Part shown: positions 10,836-24,981 of the stretch, in pieces
Position numbering within the stretch: position 1 is the first letter of the stretch
Layout: each line of letters begins with the position of its first letter
Assembly: GCF_963921235.1 (NCBI RefSeq)
Contig: NC_086109.1
Coordinates: forward strand, 9,364,001-9,428,000
DNA length: 64,000 nucleotides
DNA from: Mobula hypostoma
Lineage: Eukaryota
Direction: 5' to 3'
The notes under the pieces: model-generated
What the model was told of the DNA's origin: nothing
Database searches by the model: none
What the model saw: the letters and a program-made list of their open reading frames with translations, nothing else
Translations under genes and position numbers: made by a program

Positions 10836-13800
10836 ATTTCCCTTGAAGATGGTGATGAGTTGCCTTGAATCTCTGAAGCCCTTGTGATGATACACCATGA
10901 ACGCTATTGTTGAAGGAGTTCTCGAGTTTAGACTGAGTGACAGTGAAAAATGTGATATACTTTGAGGTCAGGATGCAGTGTAACTTGGGGATGGAGATGT
11001 CTCCATGAACCCGCTGTCCTCTTTCTTGATGATGAAGTATGTGGGTTTGGGAAGTTTGGGCAAATTTTTGCAGTGTATTTTGTGGTTAATACTGTGTTCC
11101 CATGGTTTAGGCTTACTGAAGTGGTGCCAATAAGTGGGCTGCTTTATCATGAACATTTGAGATTCTGAAGATGTTGGAAATCCATAGCAACATAAAAAAT
11201 GCTGAGGGAGCCCAGTGGGTCAGGCAGCATCTATGGAGGGGTATAAATTGTTGATGTTTCAGACTTGGACTCCTCATCAAGACTCATGATGATGTTCCGT
11301 CTATAAGGAGTTTGTACGTTCTCTCCATGACCGCATGGGTTTCTTCTGGGTGTTCTGGTTTCCTCCCATATCCCAAAGACATATGGGTTAGTAGGTTATT
11401 TGGTCACATCGGTGTAATTGGGCAGTGTGGGCTCGTTGGGCTGGAAGGGCCTGTCACTGCACTGTATCTCTAAATAAAAACACTAAGAGGGCATAATTTT
11501 AAGATGATTGGAGGAAAGTTGAAGGGAGGATGTCAAGGGTAGGTTTATTTTTTACTTAGAGTGGTGGATGTGTGGTACGTGTTGTCAGAGCTGGTGGTAG
11601 AGGCAGATACATTAGGGGCATTTAGGAAACTCGTAGATAGGCACATGGATGATATAAAAGTGGAGGGCTATGTGGGGGGGAAGGGTTATATTGATCCTGG
11701 AGTAGGCTAAAAGGTCAGCACAACATCATAGGTCAAAAGGCCCTGTCTGTGCTATAGTATTCTATGTTCTATATTCTATTAAATTTAAACATTGTCTCAT
11801 GAAAAAAAAAGTAACTAATATGGTGTTTTAAATTGAGGATTCAGGATTGAACAACAAGGAAGACGATGCCAGAAGTTCTCCTTTGGGTTCTGTTTAATCA
11901 TTGTGTCAGAACTAACTGTGACAATGACTCTTGTATTGGTCATTTCTTGGTACCTTTTTATTTAGTTGTATACTACACTTTCTGCACTTCTTTATTAACT
12001 TATAACATTTCTTGGGGATAATCCAATATACCACTTTATCACTTGTATTTTTGTACTTTATTAACTTTGTGAATTTTGGCATTTAAGAAAATTCAAGTAT
12101 TTTGCTGGTTGATATTTAGTTAGCTTGTATGTGATCACTTGGGAGGGCACCACATTGCAACTGGTTGTCCGTGATAGAATCCGTTGACTGTACAAAAAAA
12201 ATTTCTAACCTTAGCAGAGTTTGAGGTTTCATGAATCCAATTTGCTGTCTTTAAACTGCAGTGGGTTTTGGCATGAGCAGAGAAGTACTTGAGTAAACAG
12301 CCAGCATCTGTTAAAGTAATTATAATGGTTATTGGGCAGTGTAAGTGAAGTTCCAGTGGATTTTAAACCCAAGTTCAATCAGTTTATTGTCATACTGTGA
12401 ACGACTAAGTTGCAGGTAATGTGGTAGAATGTAAATTTGATTGTATAATTTAATTCTGTGGGAAGCTCAATGCTGTGTCATTGGACTTCTGGACACTCTG
12501 TGAAGCCTTTCTTGCTATTCCTCTTTCCCTCTCTATCCATCTCTACCTACTTACCAATATACCAATCCTTACAGCTTGTAGTACTTTCTAATGGCCGCTT
12601 TACGGCAGCACTGTACTGCCTCCTCAAAGCAAGAAATTTCATGACCTTAAGACCACAAGACGTGGGAGCAGAATTAGGTCTTTCGGCCCATCGAGTCTGC
12701 TCCATTATGGCTGATTTATTAATCCTCTCAACCCCATTCTCCTGCCTTCTCCCCATAACCTTTGGCATCCTTACTAATAAAGGACCGATCACCCTCCACT
12801 TTAAATATACCCAGTGACTTTAGTAACAATAAACCTGATTGTAATTCTGAATTTCCAGCATCTGCAGAATTCCTGTTGTTTGTAATTCTGAAGTATAGGG
12901 GAGACTAAATGGATATTAAATGGATTATGCTTTTTCCCCCGATGATGGAATAAAGAGAGTGGAGGGGGAGCCTTGGGTCTCTCAGTAATTTTGTTCATTA
13001 GCTTGGCAGAGCCTAATAAAGAGGAAAATTTTACTTGTATAAGTTTTCAACATAGGATTCTGATATAATTTAAGTTGATGCTTGGTGTAGCTTTACTTGC
13101 TAAAGGTTGAAATGAGAAATTCAATGTTTACTGCTGACTGAGTTATTAAGGATGAATGCTTAGCTTTATTTGTCACGTACATTGGAACATACAATGAAGT
13201 GCATCATTTGTTTCAAAACAATCAGCGTGGATTGTATTGGGCAGTGCGCAAGTGTCAACACAATTCTGGTGAGAATACAGCCTGCTCACAACTCACTAAC
13301 CCTAAACATGGGTCTTTGGAACGGGGAGGGGGGAGAGAACCAGAGCGAGCTCATACAGTCATGGGGAGAACATAGAAACTCCTTGTAGGCAGAGCGGGAG
13401 TTGAATCTGGATCTTATAATTGATGCTGTAAAGCATTGCGCTAACTGCTACACTGTGGTGCACATACGGATGCTGAGTGTAGCATTTGCTTGAACATCAA
13501 AAGTCTTTTACTCCCTATCCGGCATACAACTCTTATGCTTCCAACCCTCTGCATCATATAATGTACATAAACTGTGTAGTTTAACCCAATCCGTTCACTA
13601 GATCTTTACACTATATGTGATTAAAATGCTCTGAATTTATAATCCTGGAGGCACACTGGGGTCAGCATGGTAGCATACCAGTTAGCGGAGCTTTCACAGC
13701 ACCAGGTTTAGGATTGGGGTCCAATTCCCGCTGCTCTCTGTAAGGAGTTTGTACATTCTTCCCATGATCTTGTGGGCTTTCTCCAGGAGCTCTGGTTTCT

Positions 13801-14031
13801 TCTCACATTCCGAAGACATATGTTTAGGGTTAGTGAGTTGTGGGCATGGTGTGTTGGCGCCGGAAGCGTGACAACACTTGTGGGCTGCTCAGCACAATCT
13901 TCGCAGATTTGATATGACTCAAAAATGATTCATTTCACTGTATGTTTTGATGCACATGTGAGAAATAAAGCTAACCTTTTTACTATGTAGGAAGCTTAGA
14001 AAGTAGGGATGTGTTTGGTCTCAGAGTAGTC

Positions 14032-15100
14032 CAGTGGATTCTGGTTAATTGGGACATATTGGGACCACTGCATTAAAGCCTAAATAAGAGCCTGTCCCAA
14101 TTAGCCAAAGTTTCATGGAAATAGTTGGAAAGGTATAAAAAAGGCAAAGTACCATTTAACTGAGTAACAAATTGTGTACTTAAATGAAGGACAGAAGAAA
14201 TGAGAACACTACTGATACTACTGGTGGTTGTCTGTTGTATCCGACAATAACAGGAAACCTATGTGAGAGTTTTTAAAGTGGGAAAACTGTTGCACTGAGG
14301 CAGTTCCACTCTCTCAACCTTGGAAGTCCAGGTCCAGTGGACAATTAGCCATCACAGCTGGTGTTTTCCCTGGTTGCATTGGCTGACAGTGATCTCTTTT
14401 GTGCCTTGTCATGCTTTTTGCTCTCCATAGTGTTGCAGAACTGTCTTCCTGGCTGTTGGATCTCGCTGTAGTTCTCATCTGCCCAGTCCGCCAGAGCTGA
14501 CTTTGCATGCTAGGACAGGCATGTTCCTATCTCGCCAGGATATGAGACCTGCTGTCTACTCTCACCTGGTTTAGCCCACCTGTCGATGCTAGGTGTAGCT
14601 GCTATCACATGTGAACAGCTACTTGGAGCCACAGGTGGGAGCTGAGTATCCGATGGGAATCAAAAGTAACATTCAATATGATTATTGTTGATATTTTCAA
14701 ATTCTTTGTAAGTTCCTCACTTCAAGTAGTGAAATCTGTTTCAGTTTCATTCCTGACCGTTTCTGGCATTTCCAAACCTGAATGCTTGAAATCACAGTGA
14801 GCAAAACTGTTCTGAGTTGTCTTACTGCTTATTTCTCGCCCACTATTAGTGAGAAAAATCACTGCTCTTTGAACACAAACACACACAACTGACGCTATTT
14901 AAAAACATCACACTAAGCATGGTGTGGTGTCGTGTATGTGACTGACGCTAATTAGAAAATGTTCAGCAAGTTTCCTGCCCAAACTAAAAGGCATATTATC
15001 CTAAATAAGTGAAGGGGATCCTGTCTATTTTCTTGATTTGTTTTTGTTCTTTAAGGATTGTCCCAAATAAGCAGCTGCCCCAATTAACTGGAATTCACTG
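14032..15100. mobile_element. Tigger/pogo-like non-autonomous DNA transposon
   Basis: 25-bp TIRs CAGTGGATTCTGGTTAATTGGGACA / TGCCCCAATTAACTGGAATTCACTG. TA flanks the right end (left reads TC). An unrelated insertion lies at ~14222-14665. Confidence 0.8.
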
Positions 15101-15761
15101 TATTAATTTCACTATGGTTTTGTGTATTAACCATTTCAAGAACATTCTGGTAGTTCCAAGTGCCATTTAACGAGCAGTTTACTGCTTATTTCTAATCAGC
15201 TATTAGTGAGAGGAATCAGCTTTTTGAACACCTATTCCTGTGAATCTGTAGGTGTCAAAAGGTGTTGAAAGTACCATTTGCTCATTGTCTTAGAAATGCC
15301 ATACTTACTAAGCTGACATTATGGGTCGTTTGCATTTACTTTACTCAATGCCACTGAATTTTATAATACTAGATTATGTTCAATATTAAATGTTTTAATG
15401 ATGATGTGATGGTGTGGGCAGCCAGTTGTCAAATTTTGCAGGTATACATGTCAAAAAAATACTGCCGCAATGCTTCAGGTACTTTCATGGGTTATGGTAC
15501 ACATCATTTTTCATTGTCAGTTTCTTGTTGCATTTGGACTTGAAGATGCCCTGTATTTCAGAACAGTCAGAAGTGAGGAAATGGCAAATGTTTCTGCAGT
15601 ACAGCTGCTCTCCCTTCAGCTTCAAATAGAAAATCTCCAGTTTCATATAAAAAAACTTGTGTCTTCTCCAATCTGTTTCCAATGCAACTTCCTATTTTTA
15701 GATTTTCAAATAACATACTAAAGCTTAGGGAACAATCAGCTGTTTCAAGTTGTTCTGTGTA

Positions 15762-16316
15762 CACTCGGTGGCCACTTTATTAGGTACTACTGTACACCTG
15801 CACATTAATGCAAATATCCAGTCAGCCAATCATGTGGCTGCAACTCAGTGCATAAAAGCATGCCAACATGGTCAAAAGGTTCATTTGTTCAGATCAAACA
15901 TCAGAATGGGGAAGAAATGTGATCAAAGTGACTTTGACCATGGAATGATTGTTGGTGTCAGATGGAATGGGTTAAGTATCTCAGAAACTGCTGATCTCCT
16001 GGGATGTTCACACAATACAGTTTATAGAGTTTACAGAGAATGGTGTGAAAAACAAAAACAGTGAGCAGCAGTTCTGTGGGTGAAAACGCCTTGTTAATGA
16101 GAGAGATCAGTGGAGAGCGGTCAGACTGGTTCAAACTGACAGAAAGGTCAGTGAGAGTAACTCAAATGACCACGCGTTACAACAGAGGAGCATCTCTGAA
16201 TGCACAACACATCAAACCTTAAAATGGATAGGCTACACCTTCAGACAATCATGAACATACATTCAGTGGCCACTTTATTAAGTACAGGAGGTACCAAATA
16301 AAGTGGCCACTGAGCA
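15762..16316 (+). mobile_element. Tc1-like non-autonomous transposon
   Basis: TA-flanked TIRs CACTCGGTGGCCACTTTATTAGGTAC / GTACCAAATAAAGTGGCCACTGAGCA. Paired-like HTH remnant MGKKCDQSDFDHGMIVG...GLSISETADLLG.S..TV.RVYREW. Confidence 0.9.
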
Positions 16317-17003
16317 TACGTTGAATGTTTTAGATGTTGGATCAATAATTTTAGCTGATGTTACATATGCTTGAACATGGTTGAATATTTCACATTTAAA
16401 AATATAATCTATATTGTGTAAGGTGGTTTCAAACCTATATTTCTGCATACTGTGTTGCTGAACAGGCCATGTGGAAAATAGGATTGCCTAAGTGCCCCTG
16501 TGAAGGTTGACAAAGTGCTATATAATTGATGGAACCTCTCACTGCGAGCATCCTAATGGATCTTTTGTCCTTTCATAAAAGAGCCAGTTCTCCCTTGAGA
16601 AAACGGTGTAAAACCTGCACTAACCTTGATGAGCCAGAGCATTACAGCAGTGGATTATCCAAACGCAAGTGTGAGATTTTAGTTGATTTTGTAGGGAGAA
16701 AATAAACGTGTTAATGGAGTTATGGTAGAAACACTCATGGTGAACAGACTGATCAGCAAGCTGTTTTTTGTAGGTGTTAAGAACGTTGAACCATGTGATA
16801 TAAAATTTTAGCAGAAGCGTCATGTAATGTTAACTTGAATTTAGAATGACAGTTTGAATGCAGTTTGTTTAAACAAGAATTCATATTGTCCAAACATCAA
16901 AGATGTTTAGTTTATCAGGTGGACGGAGTAAAAGACCTGAGGGTGTGCCCAATGTCTGTTTTAAGAAACATAAATAGTTACTGACTCTTGGAAATCCCTG
17001 GCC

Positions 17004-17425
17004 CAACTAATTTACAGGAACACAAACTGGTGGTATGGAGACATGATCCACTGTCTCTGATCTCGGTACATGAAGCCCAAGAAGAGCACCACTTTAACTG
17101 GGACACTATGGAGGTTCTGGCGCAGGCAAACATGGAGTAGGCACGAGAATTTTTAGAAGTGTGGTTCTATCCTGATAGCTCCATAAACAAACATATTGAA
17201 ATAGACAGCAAGTATGAACCACTAACAGCCAAGGAAATGTGAGCCAATAGAATTCAAAGGTCAACTGAAGGGGTAGCCAATCAGGACTAAGGCTAGCAAA
17301 CCGGGAAGCTATATATAAATGAGAGCACTCCCAGAGAGAAACACTAAAAACTGCACACTGGGGTTGTCACCTCATCTGGTGATGGCTGCAAGCTAATTGC
17401 CAAGCTCAGAGAACACCATAACATC
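17004..17425 (+). mobile_element. Penelope-like element 3' fragment (second family) with GIY-YIG tail and pLTR
   Basis: 12-bp direct repeat AAATCCCTGGCC (16992-17003, 17426-17437). Translation EEHHFNWDTMEVLAQA...AREFLEVW....SINKHIE resembles a PLE endonuclease C-terminus. The terminus is homologous to 62390-62560(-). Confidence 0.75.
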
Positions 17426-17778
17426 AAATCCCTGGCCTATGACTGCTCAATACGGAGAAGTTGTATTTTGTGATGGTATTGATAATCCGTGTGTAAGGAC
17501 CCAGACAAGAGCATTTTAGAAGGAGCCCACTACCTCATGAACTACCTGCTCACCCCATTGACTGCCTCCTGCCCAAACTATGGAACATTTTGCAGTTTGC
17601 AGGCTGGTACAGCATGGTAGTATAGTGGTTAGCGTAATGCTCTTTCAGTGCCAGCGACCCAGGTTCAATTCTGTTGCTGTCTGTAGGGGGTTTGTACGCT
17701 GTCCCTGTGACTGTGTAGGTTTCCTCTGGGTGCTTTGGTTTCCTCCCACATTCCAAAGACATATGGGTTAGTAAGTTA

Positions 17779-19100
17779 TACACACAAAATACTGGAGGGA
17801 CTCAGCAGGCCAGGCAACGTCAATGGGGAAAAAAAGTAGAGTCGACGTTTTGGGCAGAACCTTCGGCAGGACTGGAGAAAAAAGATGAGTAGATTTAAAA
17901 GATGGGGGAGAAATGCAAGGTGATAGGTGAAACTGGGAAGGGGGGGAGATGAAGTAAATAGATGAGAAGTAGATTGGTGAAAGAACTACAAGGCTGGAGA
18001 TGAGAGAATCTGATGGGTGGGAATAAAAGGCCATGGAAAAAAAAGTGGGGAGGAGTACCAGAGGGAGGTGATGGACAGACAAGGAGAGACGGTAAAAGGG
18101 ATGGGGACTGGTGAAGGAGAGGGCGAGGGGAGAGGAGCATTACCAGAAGTTCGAGAAATCGATGTTCCAGAGGGAATATAAGATGTTGTTCCTCCACCCC
18201 AAGTGTGGCTTTGTTGCAACAGCTGAGGAGGCCATGGATTGACCTATCGGAATGGGAAGAGGAGTTAAAATTGGTGGCCACTGGGAGATCCCGCTTCTTC
18301 TGGCAAAGCTGTCTCCCAATCTACGTCTGGTCTCACTGATATACAGGAGGCCACTCCGGGAGCACTGGACACAGTATATGACCCCTTCAGACTCTAGCTG
18401 TCGCCTCACCTGGAAGGACTGTTTGGGGCCCTGAATGGTAGTAAGGGAGGAGGTGTAGGGGCAGGTGTAGCACTTATTCTGCTTGCAAGGATAAGTGCCA
18501 GGAGGGAGCTCAGTAGAGAGGGACGAATGGACAAGGGAGTCGCGTAGGGAGCGACCCCTGCAGAAAGCAGAAAATGGAGGAAATGAAGTGCTTGGTGGTG
18601 GTATCCAGTTGGAGGTGGTGAAAGTTTCGGAGAATTATGTGCTGGACGCAGAGGTTGGTGGGATGGTAGCTGAGGATAACAAGAACTCGGTCCCTAGTAG
18701 GATGGTGGGAGGAGGGGATGAGAGCAGACGTGTGAAATGGAAGAGATATGGGTGAGGGCAGCATTGATGGTGGAGGAAGGGAAGCCCCTTTCTTTGAAAA
18801 AGGAGGGCATCTTTATTCTAGAATGAAAACCCTCATCCTGAGAGCAGACGTGGTGGAGACAGAGGAATTGAGAGAAGTAACAGGGTGGGTAGAGGTATAG
18901 CCCAGGTACCTGTGAGAGTCCGTGGGTTTATAATAGACATCTGTAGATAAGCTGTCTCCAGAGATAGAGACTGTGAGATCGAGAAAGGGGAGGGAGGTGT
19001 GTTGGAAATGGACCAGGTAAATTTGAGGGCAGGGTGGAAGTTGGAGATAAAGTGAATGAAGTCGAGGAGCTCAGTATAGCCGCAGGAAGCAACACCCACA
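17779..19100 (-). mobile_element. Penelope-like element, 5'-truncated (RT C-terminus, GIY-YIG, pLTR)
   Basis: Minus-strand remnants ELLDFIHFISNFHPALKFTWSIS (RT) and ESEGVIYCVQCSRSGLLYISETRRRLGD (GIY-YIG). It interrupts a V-SINE, with GTTAGTAAGTT on both sides (17767-17777, 19108-19118). Confidence 0.88.
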
Positions 19101-22100
19101 CGGTTGAGTTAGTAAGTTGTAGGCCTGCTATGCTGGCTCTGGAAGCATGGCGACACATGCGGGCTGCCCCAGCACATCCTTGGTCTGTGCAGTCCTTGAT
19201 GTGAGCGACACATTTTCCTGCATCTTTTGATGTACAAAGCTAATCTTCACCTTGTGTTAGCTGTCTTTGAAGTATAAAACTGGATTGAAAGCAATCAACA
19301 AAATGCTGAAGAACTTAGAGGGTCAAGCATCACTTGTGGAAGGAAATAGACAATCAGTGTTTCTGTTCAAGGCCCTTCATCTGGAGTGAAAGATGGGGGA
19401 GGTGGCTAGCATAAAGAAGTTGGGTTAGAGCTGATAGTGATAGTGGAGTCCAGATAAGGAGGGATGGTAAGCTGATGAGGCAAGAAAGAGTGGAAATAGT
19501 GACAGAGGCTATGAAACATGGAGTCAACGAAAGGCTATAGATGATGGAATTGATTCATCCTTGTCCCAAGGGACTGCGTACGAGGAAACTTGATTGAACT
19601 GTGCAGTGTTTCAGAATACGATATATTTTTGATGTGTTTTCACACATTGCAAAGCCTATATATTTTGACTGCAATAAGAGATCGACAACTAGTTGATTAC
19701 CTGGTTGGAGTTGTGATTAGTAAGTACTTTTTTGAAGACAGTATTGTATGTAACAGTACCATCCCCACAATTGGATAGGCTACAGGCACTTGCTTTGTAG
19801 TTGTGGTAACATAATGATGAAGCTATTGGATTGCTATCCAGAGTTGTGGACTATTAATCTGGAATTATGAGTTTGAATCCCAGTGGCAATTTTGTGTAGT
19901 TAAATCTGAACTATAAAACTAGTATATTCCAATAATGTCATGACAGTCTTAGTAGCCATGAAACCACCAAATCGTTGAAAAATGTACCTTGCTCACCAAT
20001 GTCCTCCAGAAAAAAAGAAATCGTAGATACTCAATGCACACGGTCTATGGCTCTGCACCATTAGCCATTCTGTTCAGAGCTAGTGAAGGATAGGCATGTT
20101 GACTATACCAATGTCCCATAAACAAACAAATACAAAATAAATAATGTCTACTGGGATGAAATTAAGGAAGAATGATTCACTTTATTTGTCACATGTACAT
20201 TGAAATGTGGTGTTAAGGCCATATTGAATCAGGATCAGGATTAATATCACCAGCATATGTTGTGAAATTTGTTGTCTTTGAGGCAGCAGTACAGTGCAAT
20301 ACATAATAATAGAGGGAAAAAACTGAATTACAGTAATATATTAAATAAATAAGTAGTGCAAAAATAAAAATAAAAAAGGTAGTGAGGTAATATTTATGAG
20401 TTCAATGTCCATTCAGAAACTGGTTGGCAGAGGGGAAGAAGCTGTTCCTAAATCATTGAAAGTGTGCCTTCAGGCTCCTATACCTCTTTCCTGATGGTAA
20501 CAATGAGAAGAGGGCATGCCCTAGATGATGGAGTTCCTAATGATGGAGACTGCCTTTTTGAGGCATCGCTCCGTGAAGATGTCCTGGTTACTACAGAGGC
20601 TAGTGCCCATCATAGAGCTGACTGAGTTCACAACTCTCTGCAGCTTATTTTGATTCCATGCAGTAGCCCTCCCTATACCAGATGGTTGTGCAGCCAATTA
20701 CAATACTCTCCACGGTACATCTGTAGAAATTTGTAAGTATCTTTGGTGACACACTAAATCTCCTCAAACTCGGAATGAAATGTAGCCACTGCTGTGCCTT
20801 CTTTGATATTGTTGGGCCCAGGATAAATCCTCAGAGATGTTGGTACCCAGGAACGTGAAACTGCTTGCTCTTCCAACTTTTGATCCGTCGATGAGGACTC
20901 TTCTTGCCCTTTTTGAAGAGGGGATTGTGCTGGGGTCAGCCCTCACATATCAACCATACCACAACTCACTAACCATAACCCCGTGTCTTTGGAATGTAGG
21001 AGGAACCAGGAGCACCTAGCGGACACCCACATGGGTCATGGGGAGAGCATACATACTCCTTGTAGCAGCAGTGAGAAATGAATCCTGATTAGTGATTGCT
21101 GGCACTATAATAGTGTTATACTAACCATTATGTGGCCTTACCACCCCATATTAAAGTGGGGAGGGAGAGAAATTAGGGGCAAGAAAGAAAATTACAGAAG
21201 ACATGGTTTTTTTTTGTATTATTTTGCCTTGTTCACATTGCATACAAAACTCTTGAACCGTATTTTTGAACTCTTAATATTGAATAATTGTGAAGTTAGA
21301 GTACTATTAGTCTCTTGGATTTTGCGTTCATTTGTGGAGTGTTCTTATTGAACAGGATCCCCTTAACTTTGCATTGGATGCTCTTCTCTGAAGTTGCTAG
21401 CACTTTGGTTCTTTGTACCAGTCAGAACATGAAATGATCTTGAATCCTTCCCAGCTCCATTGAATACAGGCCTGGAATCATCGATGCTTCTTCTGCATTT
21501 TGTGTGTTGCTCTGGATTTTTCAGCACCTGCAGAACCGCTTGTGTTTAGGAGTACTCATCGACCTAGATAAGCAAGAAAAAGAGAGTAGAACTCGGGCCT
21601 ACAGAAATGGAATCACGATTGCTGTTGTAGACAGTAGTTTGTGTCTGATGTGTCTGATGTGTCTGGGGGGGGAGGGTGGGAGAATATTCAGCCTCATGTG
21701 AAACTCCTGTGAATCATTTCGTTTGGTGTTGCTTAATATTTGCATATGTAATATAATGTTATGAATTAGAATATGATCTTTTTAACTTTATTGGTTGCTA
21801 ACTTCGCTGCCCAAAGAATTATTTAACACGTTTTGGAAATCAGATGATGATGCAATTATTCTGCAAGATGGCACTTAATGTCTGTCAGCTGCTTGTGCTG
21901 TTCCAGAATTAAATTAATGTCTGGCAGGAGTCATGCAAGCTTGCATAAGTAGGATATCTCAGCAGCACTGGTGAGTTTCAGGTAGTCTGGGCAAAATGGT
22001 GGATTTTAAGGGGATGATCCTTGTCTTCTTACTTTTTAAATGAGGATGATGAATTAGAAACTACCCCACTGTTATTGGGGGAATCAGTGCTGGAGAGCTC

Positions 22101-24312
22101 TTTTGTGTTGCTTTTTTTAAATCACACGAGTTTTTGAAATGAGAGAATCCACTTCTCTGTGGTATCTATTACGGCTGGGACAGAGATCGGAAAGGATCTC
22201 CAAGTGTGTGTGTTTGAGATTCTCTGAATTTTTAAAATCAAGCTAAAAAAATCCAATTAGAGTGATTAGGGTGCTTTCAGAGGTGACAGGCAGGAATGGG
22301 CAGTGGCTGGGGGAGGGAGGGGTTGGGGTGCGATAGGAATACACCCCAACAAAAATCACTGAACTGCTAATGAACGTAGAGTTGTTGTACAGGACTGAAA
22401 GACTTGAAATGCTGCAACTTTGCGTAATAAATGGATTTCTGTTTCCAGGGAGTGTTTGCAAGGTACTTATACAGTTAACGTACCTTGCTTTGTTAACATT
22501 TTTGGAAATTCACAGATGTGACATGAGAAAGTATCAACCCAATATATGACTAAGAATTCTGTGTTGAAATATTTTTGTATAGATTTCAACTTTACCTGAC
22601 AATTTGATGCTTGTATTCTAAACTTGAGTACCATTGTTTTTGTCTGCCATTCAAGGATGCTTTTTTTTAAGTCAGTCTTCTAGCTTGACATTTTGCAAAG
22701 ATTTTTTTGTTTATTTTGTGTCTGCATATAGTTGGCTTGCAGCTTAAGTATTTGCAGCCTCAGATCAATATTACCAGCTTTTATGCTGGAACATTTAGCA
22801 TCAGTGTGTATTGTGTAATTATGACCTTTTTACTATTCAATAGAGAGCACAAAATGTTCATTGAAGACTTAAGTGGTTGTGCATTGTTCAAAAAATACGT
22901 ATAACAGTGTGCAGAATTCTTCGGTGGAGAATATTGAACAACAACCATATTTGGAGATAAAGTATCAGGAAAAACAGATGCATTTTCTTTAATTCTGCCT
23001 TCCCAACAGAATATAAAAATCATAAACACGAAAAAGTCTGTAAATGCTGGAAATCCAGAGCAGCACACATACACAAAATGCTGGAGGAACTCAGCAGGTT
23101 GGGCAGCATCTATAGAAGTGAATAAACAGTTGATGCTTTCTGCTAAAGGAACACTTAAGTGCTTGAAAGTTCAAAGTAAATTTATTATTAAAAGTACATT
23201 TATGGTTAATATGAGGGACCATAGTTTTAAGGTGCATGGAGGGAAGTGTAGGGGGGGAAATGCCAGAGGTAAGGCTTTTTTTTTTCAGGGAGTGGTCGGT
23301 GTGTGGAATGCACTGCCAGGGGTGGTGGAAGAGGCAGATACATTAGGAACATTTTAAGAAATTCATAGATAGCACGTAGATGACTGTGAAGTGGAAGGCT
23401 AGGTCGTAGCAAAAGCTTAGATTGATCTTAGAGTAGGTCGGTACACCATCTTGGGCAGAAGGGTCTGTATTGTGCTGTAATGGTCTATTTTCCATGTTAC
23501 CATATGCTACTGTGAGATTCATTTTGTTGTAGGCATTTACAGGAAAATAAAAGAAATACAATAGAGTTTTGCAATATGAACAAAGATTGACAAACAGCCA
23601 CTGTGCAAAAGAAGACAAACTGTGCAAATAAAAATAATACTGAACATGAGTTGTAAAGAGTTCCTTGAAAGTGAAACTCTAGGTCATAGAATCAGTTCCG
23701 AGTAGTGTTGAATGATGTTGTCTGCTCTGGTTCAGAGCCTGATAGTTGAAGGGCAAGAACTGTTCCTGAAACTGGTGGTACGGGACTTAAGACTTCTGTG
23801 CCTCCTGCCTGATAGTAGTGAGAAGAGAGCATGGCATAGATGGTGGGTGTCTTTGATGGATGCTGCTATCTTGTGTCAGCACTCTTTGTAAATGTGCTCA
23901 ATGGTAGGGAGGATGCCTCAAGTGCCATTGATACATTTGCTGATGAGATAACCATTGTTGGCGGAATCTCAGATGGAGACGAGAGCACGCAGAGGAGCGA
24001 AGTATACCAGCTAATTCAGTGCACTCTGCATCAGTCATACCGAAGGACTGATTGTGGACTCAGAAAGGGTACGACGAGGGAACACAAACTAATCCTCATA
24101 GAGGGATCAGAGGTGGAAACATCTTCCAAGGAGTGGTGCCTTGAAAAGCAGTGTCCACCATTAAGGATTCCCACCACCTAGAACATGCCCTCATCTCATT
24201 ATTACCATCAGGAAGGAGGTACAGAAGCCTGAAGGCACACTTGGCATTCCAGAACAGCTTCTTCCCCTCTGCCATTCAATTTCTAAATGGGCATTGAACC
24301 CATGAACACTAC

Positions 24313-24981
24313 TGTTGTAAGTGAGGAAACAGATTCGGTAGGTCTCAAAGGCAAGGACTCTGGACACAGTCTTGGTAGTAAAGGATTTTATTTACAGAAG
24401 GCAAACGTGGGAAAATGACAACAGAAGCAACACGCACATGTGCAGAATTTACAGCAGTTGTGGGAAAATCGCATGGGAGCAAAGTACATGCACTCCCCCC
24501 CCCCCCCCCCCCCAGGGAAAAGTCAATATGATACCCACCACCCTTTGACTCTGTACAGGCATGGCTCTATGCTATTAGGGACAGTAATCAATGCTCCCAA
24601 CCCTATTCAATGCACAGCTCACCAACAATTTCTCCAGCGCTGTTCCACGGTTCTCAGTCTGGAGTGAAGCAGGGTGGTCCCTCGGAGATGGGAGATGGCA
24701 AAGAGAGAGTCCACACGTGGCACCCTTTTAGTGCAGGAGTGCTGGAGGGTCCAGACCAGGTAATTCACAGGGGTGGGGTGGGCCATGGCTCAGTGCCAGC
24801 AGAGTTAAGCTGATTATAAAGGCCAATTGCCCGAGGCCAAGTAGAAGACTAATTAAAGGGGCCAATGGTTAGGTGTGTATTGATGGTTGAGGAGGGGTCA
24901 AACCTTGATTGGCAGGTGGCATGCCTTCCAACCAGGTAGTGGGCAGTGCTGTCACGTGACAGTCACAACCCCTCCAATACA
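24313..24981 (-). mobile_element. Solo LTR
   Basis: TG...CA termini and 5-bp TSD ACTAC (24308-24312, 24982-24986) splitting a Rex/Babar tail. The minus strand carries CCAAT (~24906), a TATA-like site (~24815) and AATAAA (24387-24392) in the expected order. Confidence 0.8.

Noticed and set aside
17608..17680. tRNA gene-like A/B boxes (also at 36649 and other SINE heads)
   Set aside because: They continue into SINE bodies and do not form a cloverleaf.
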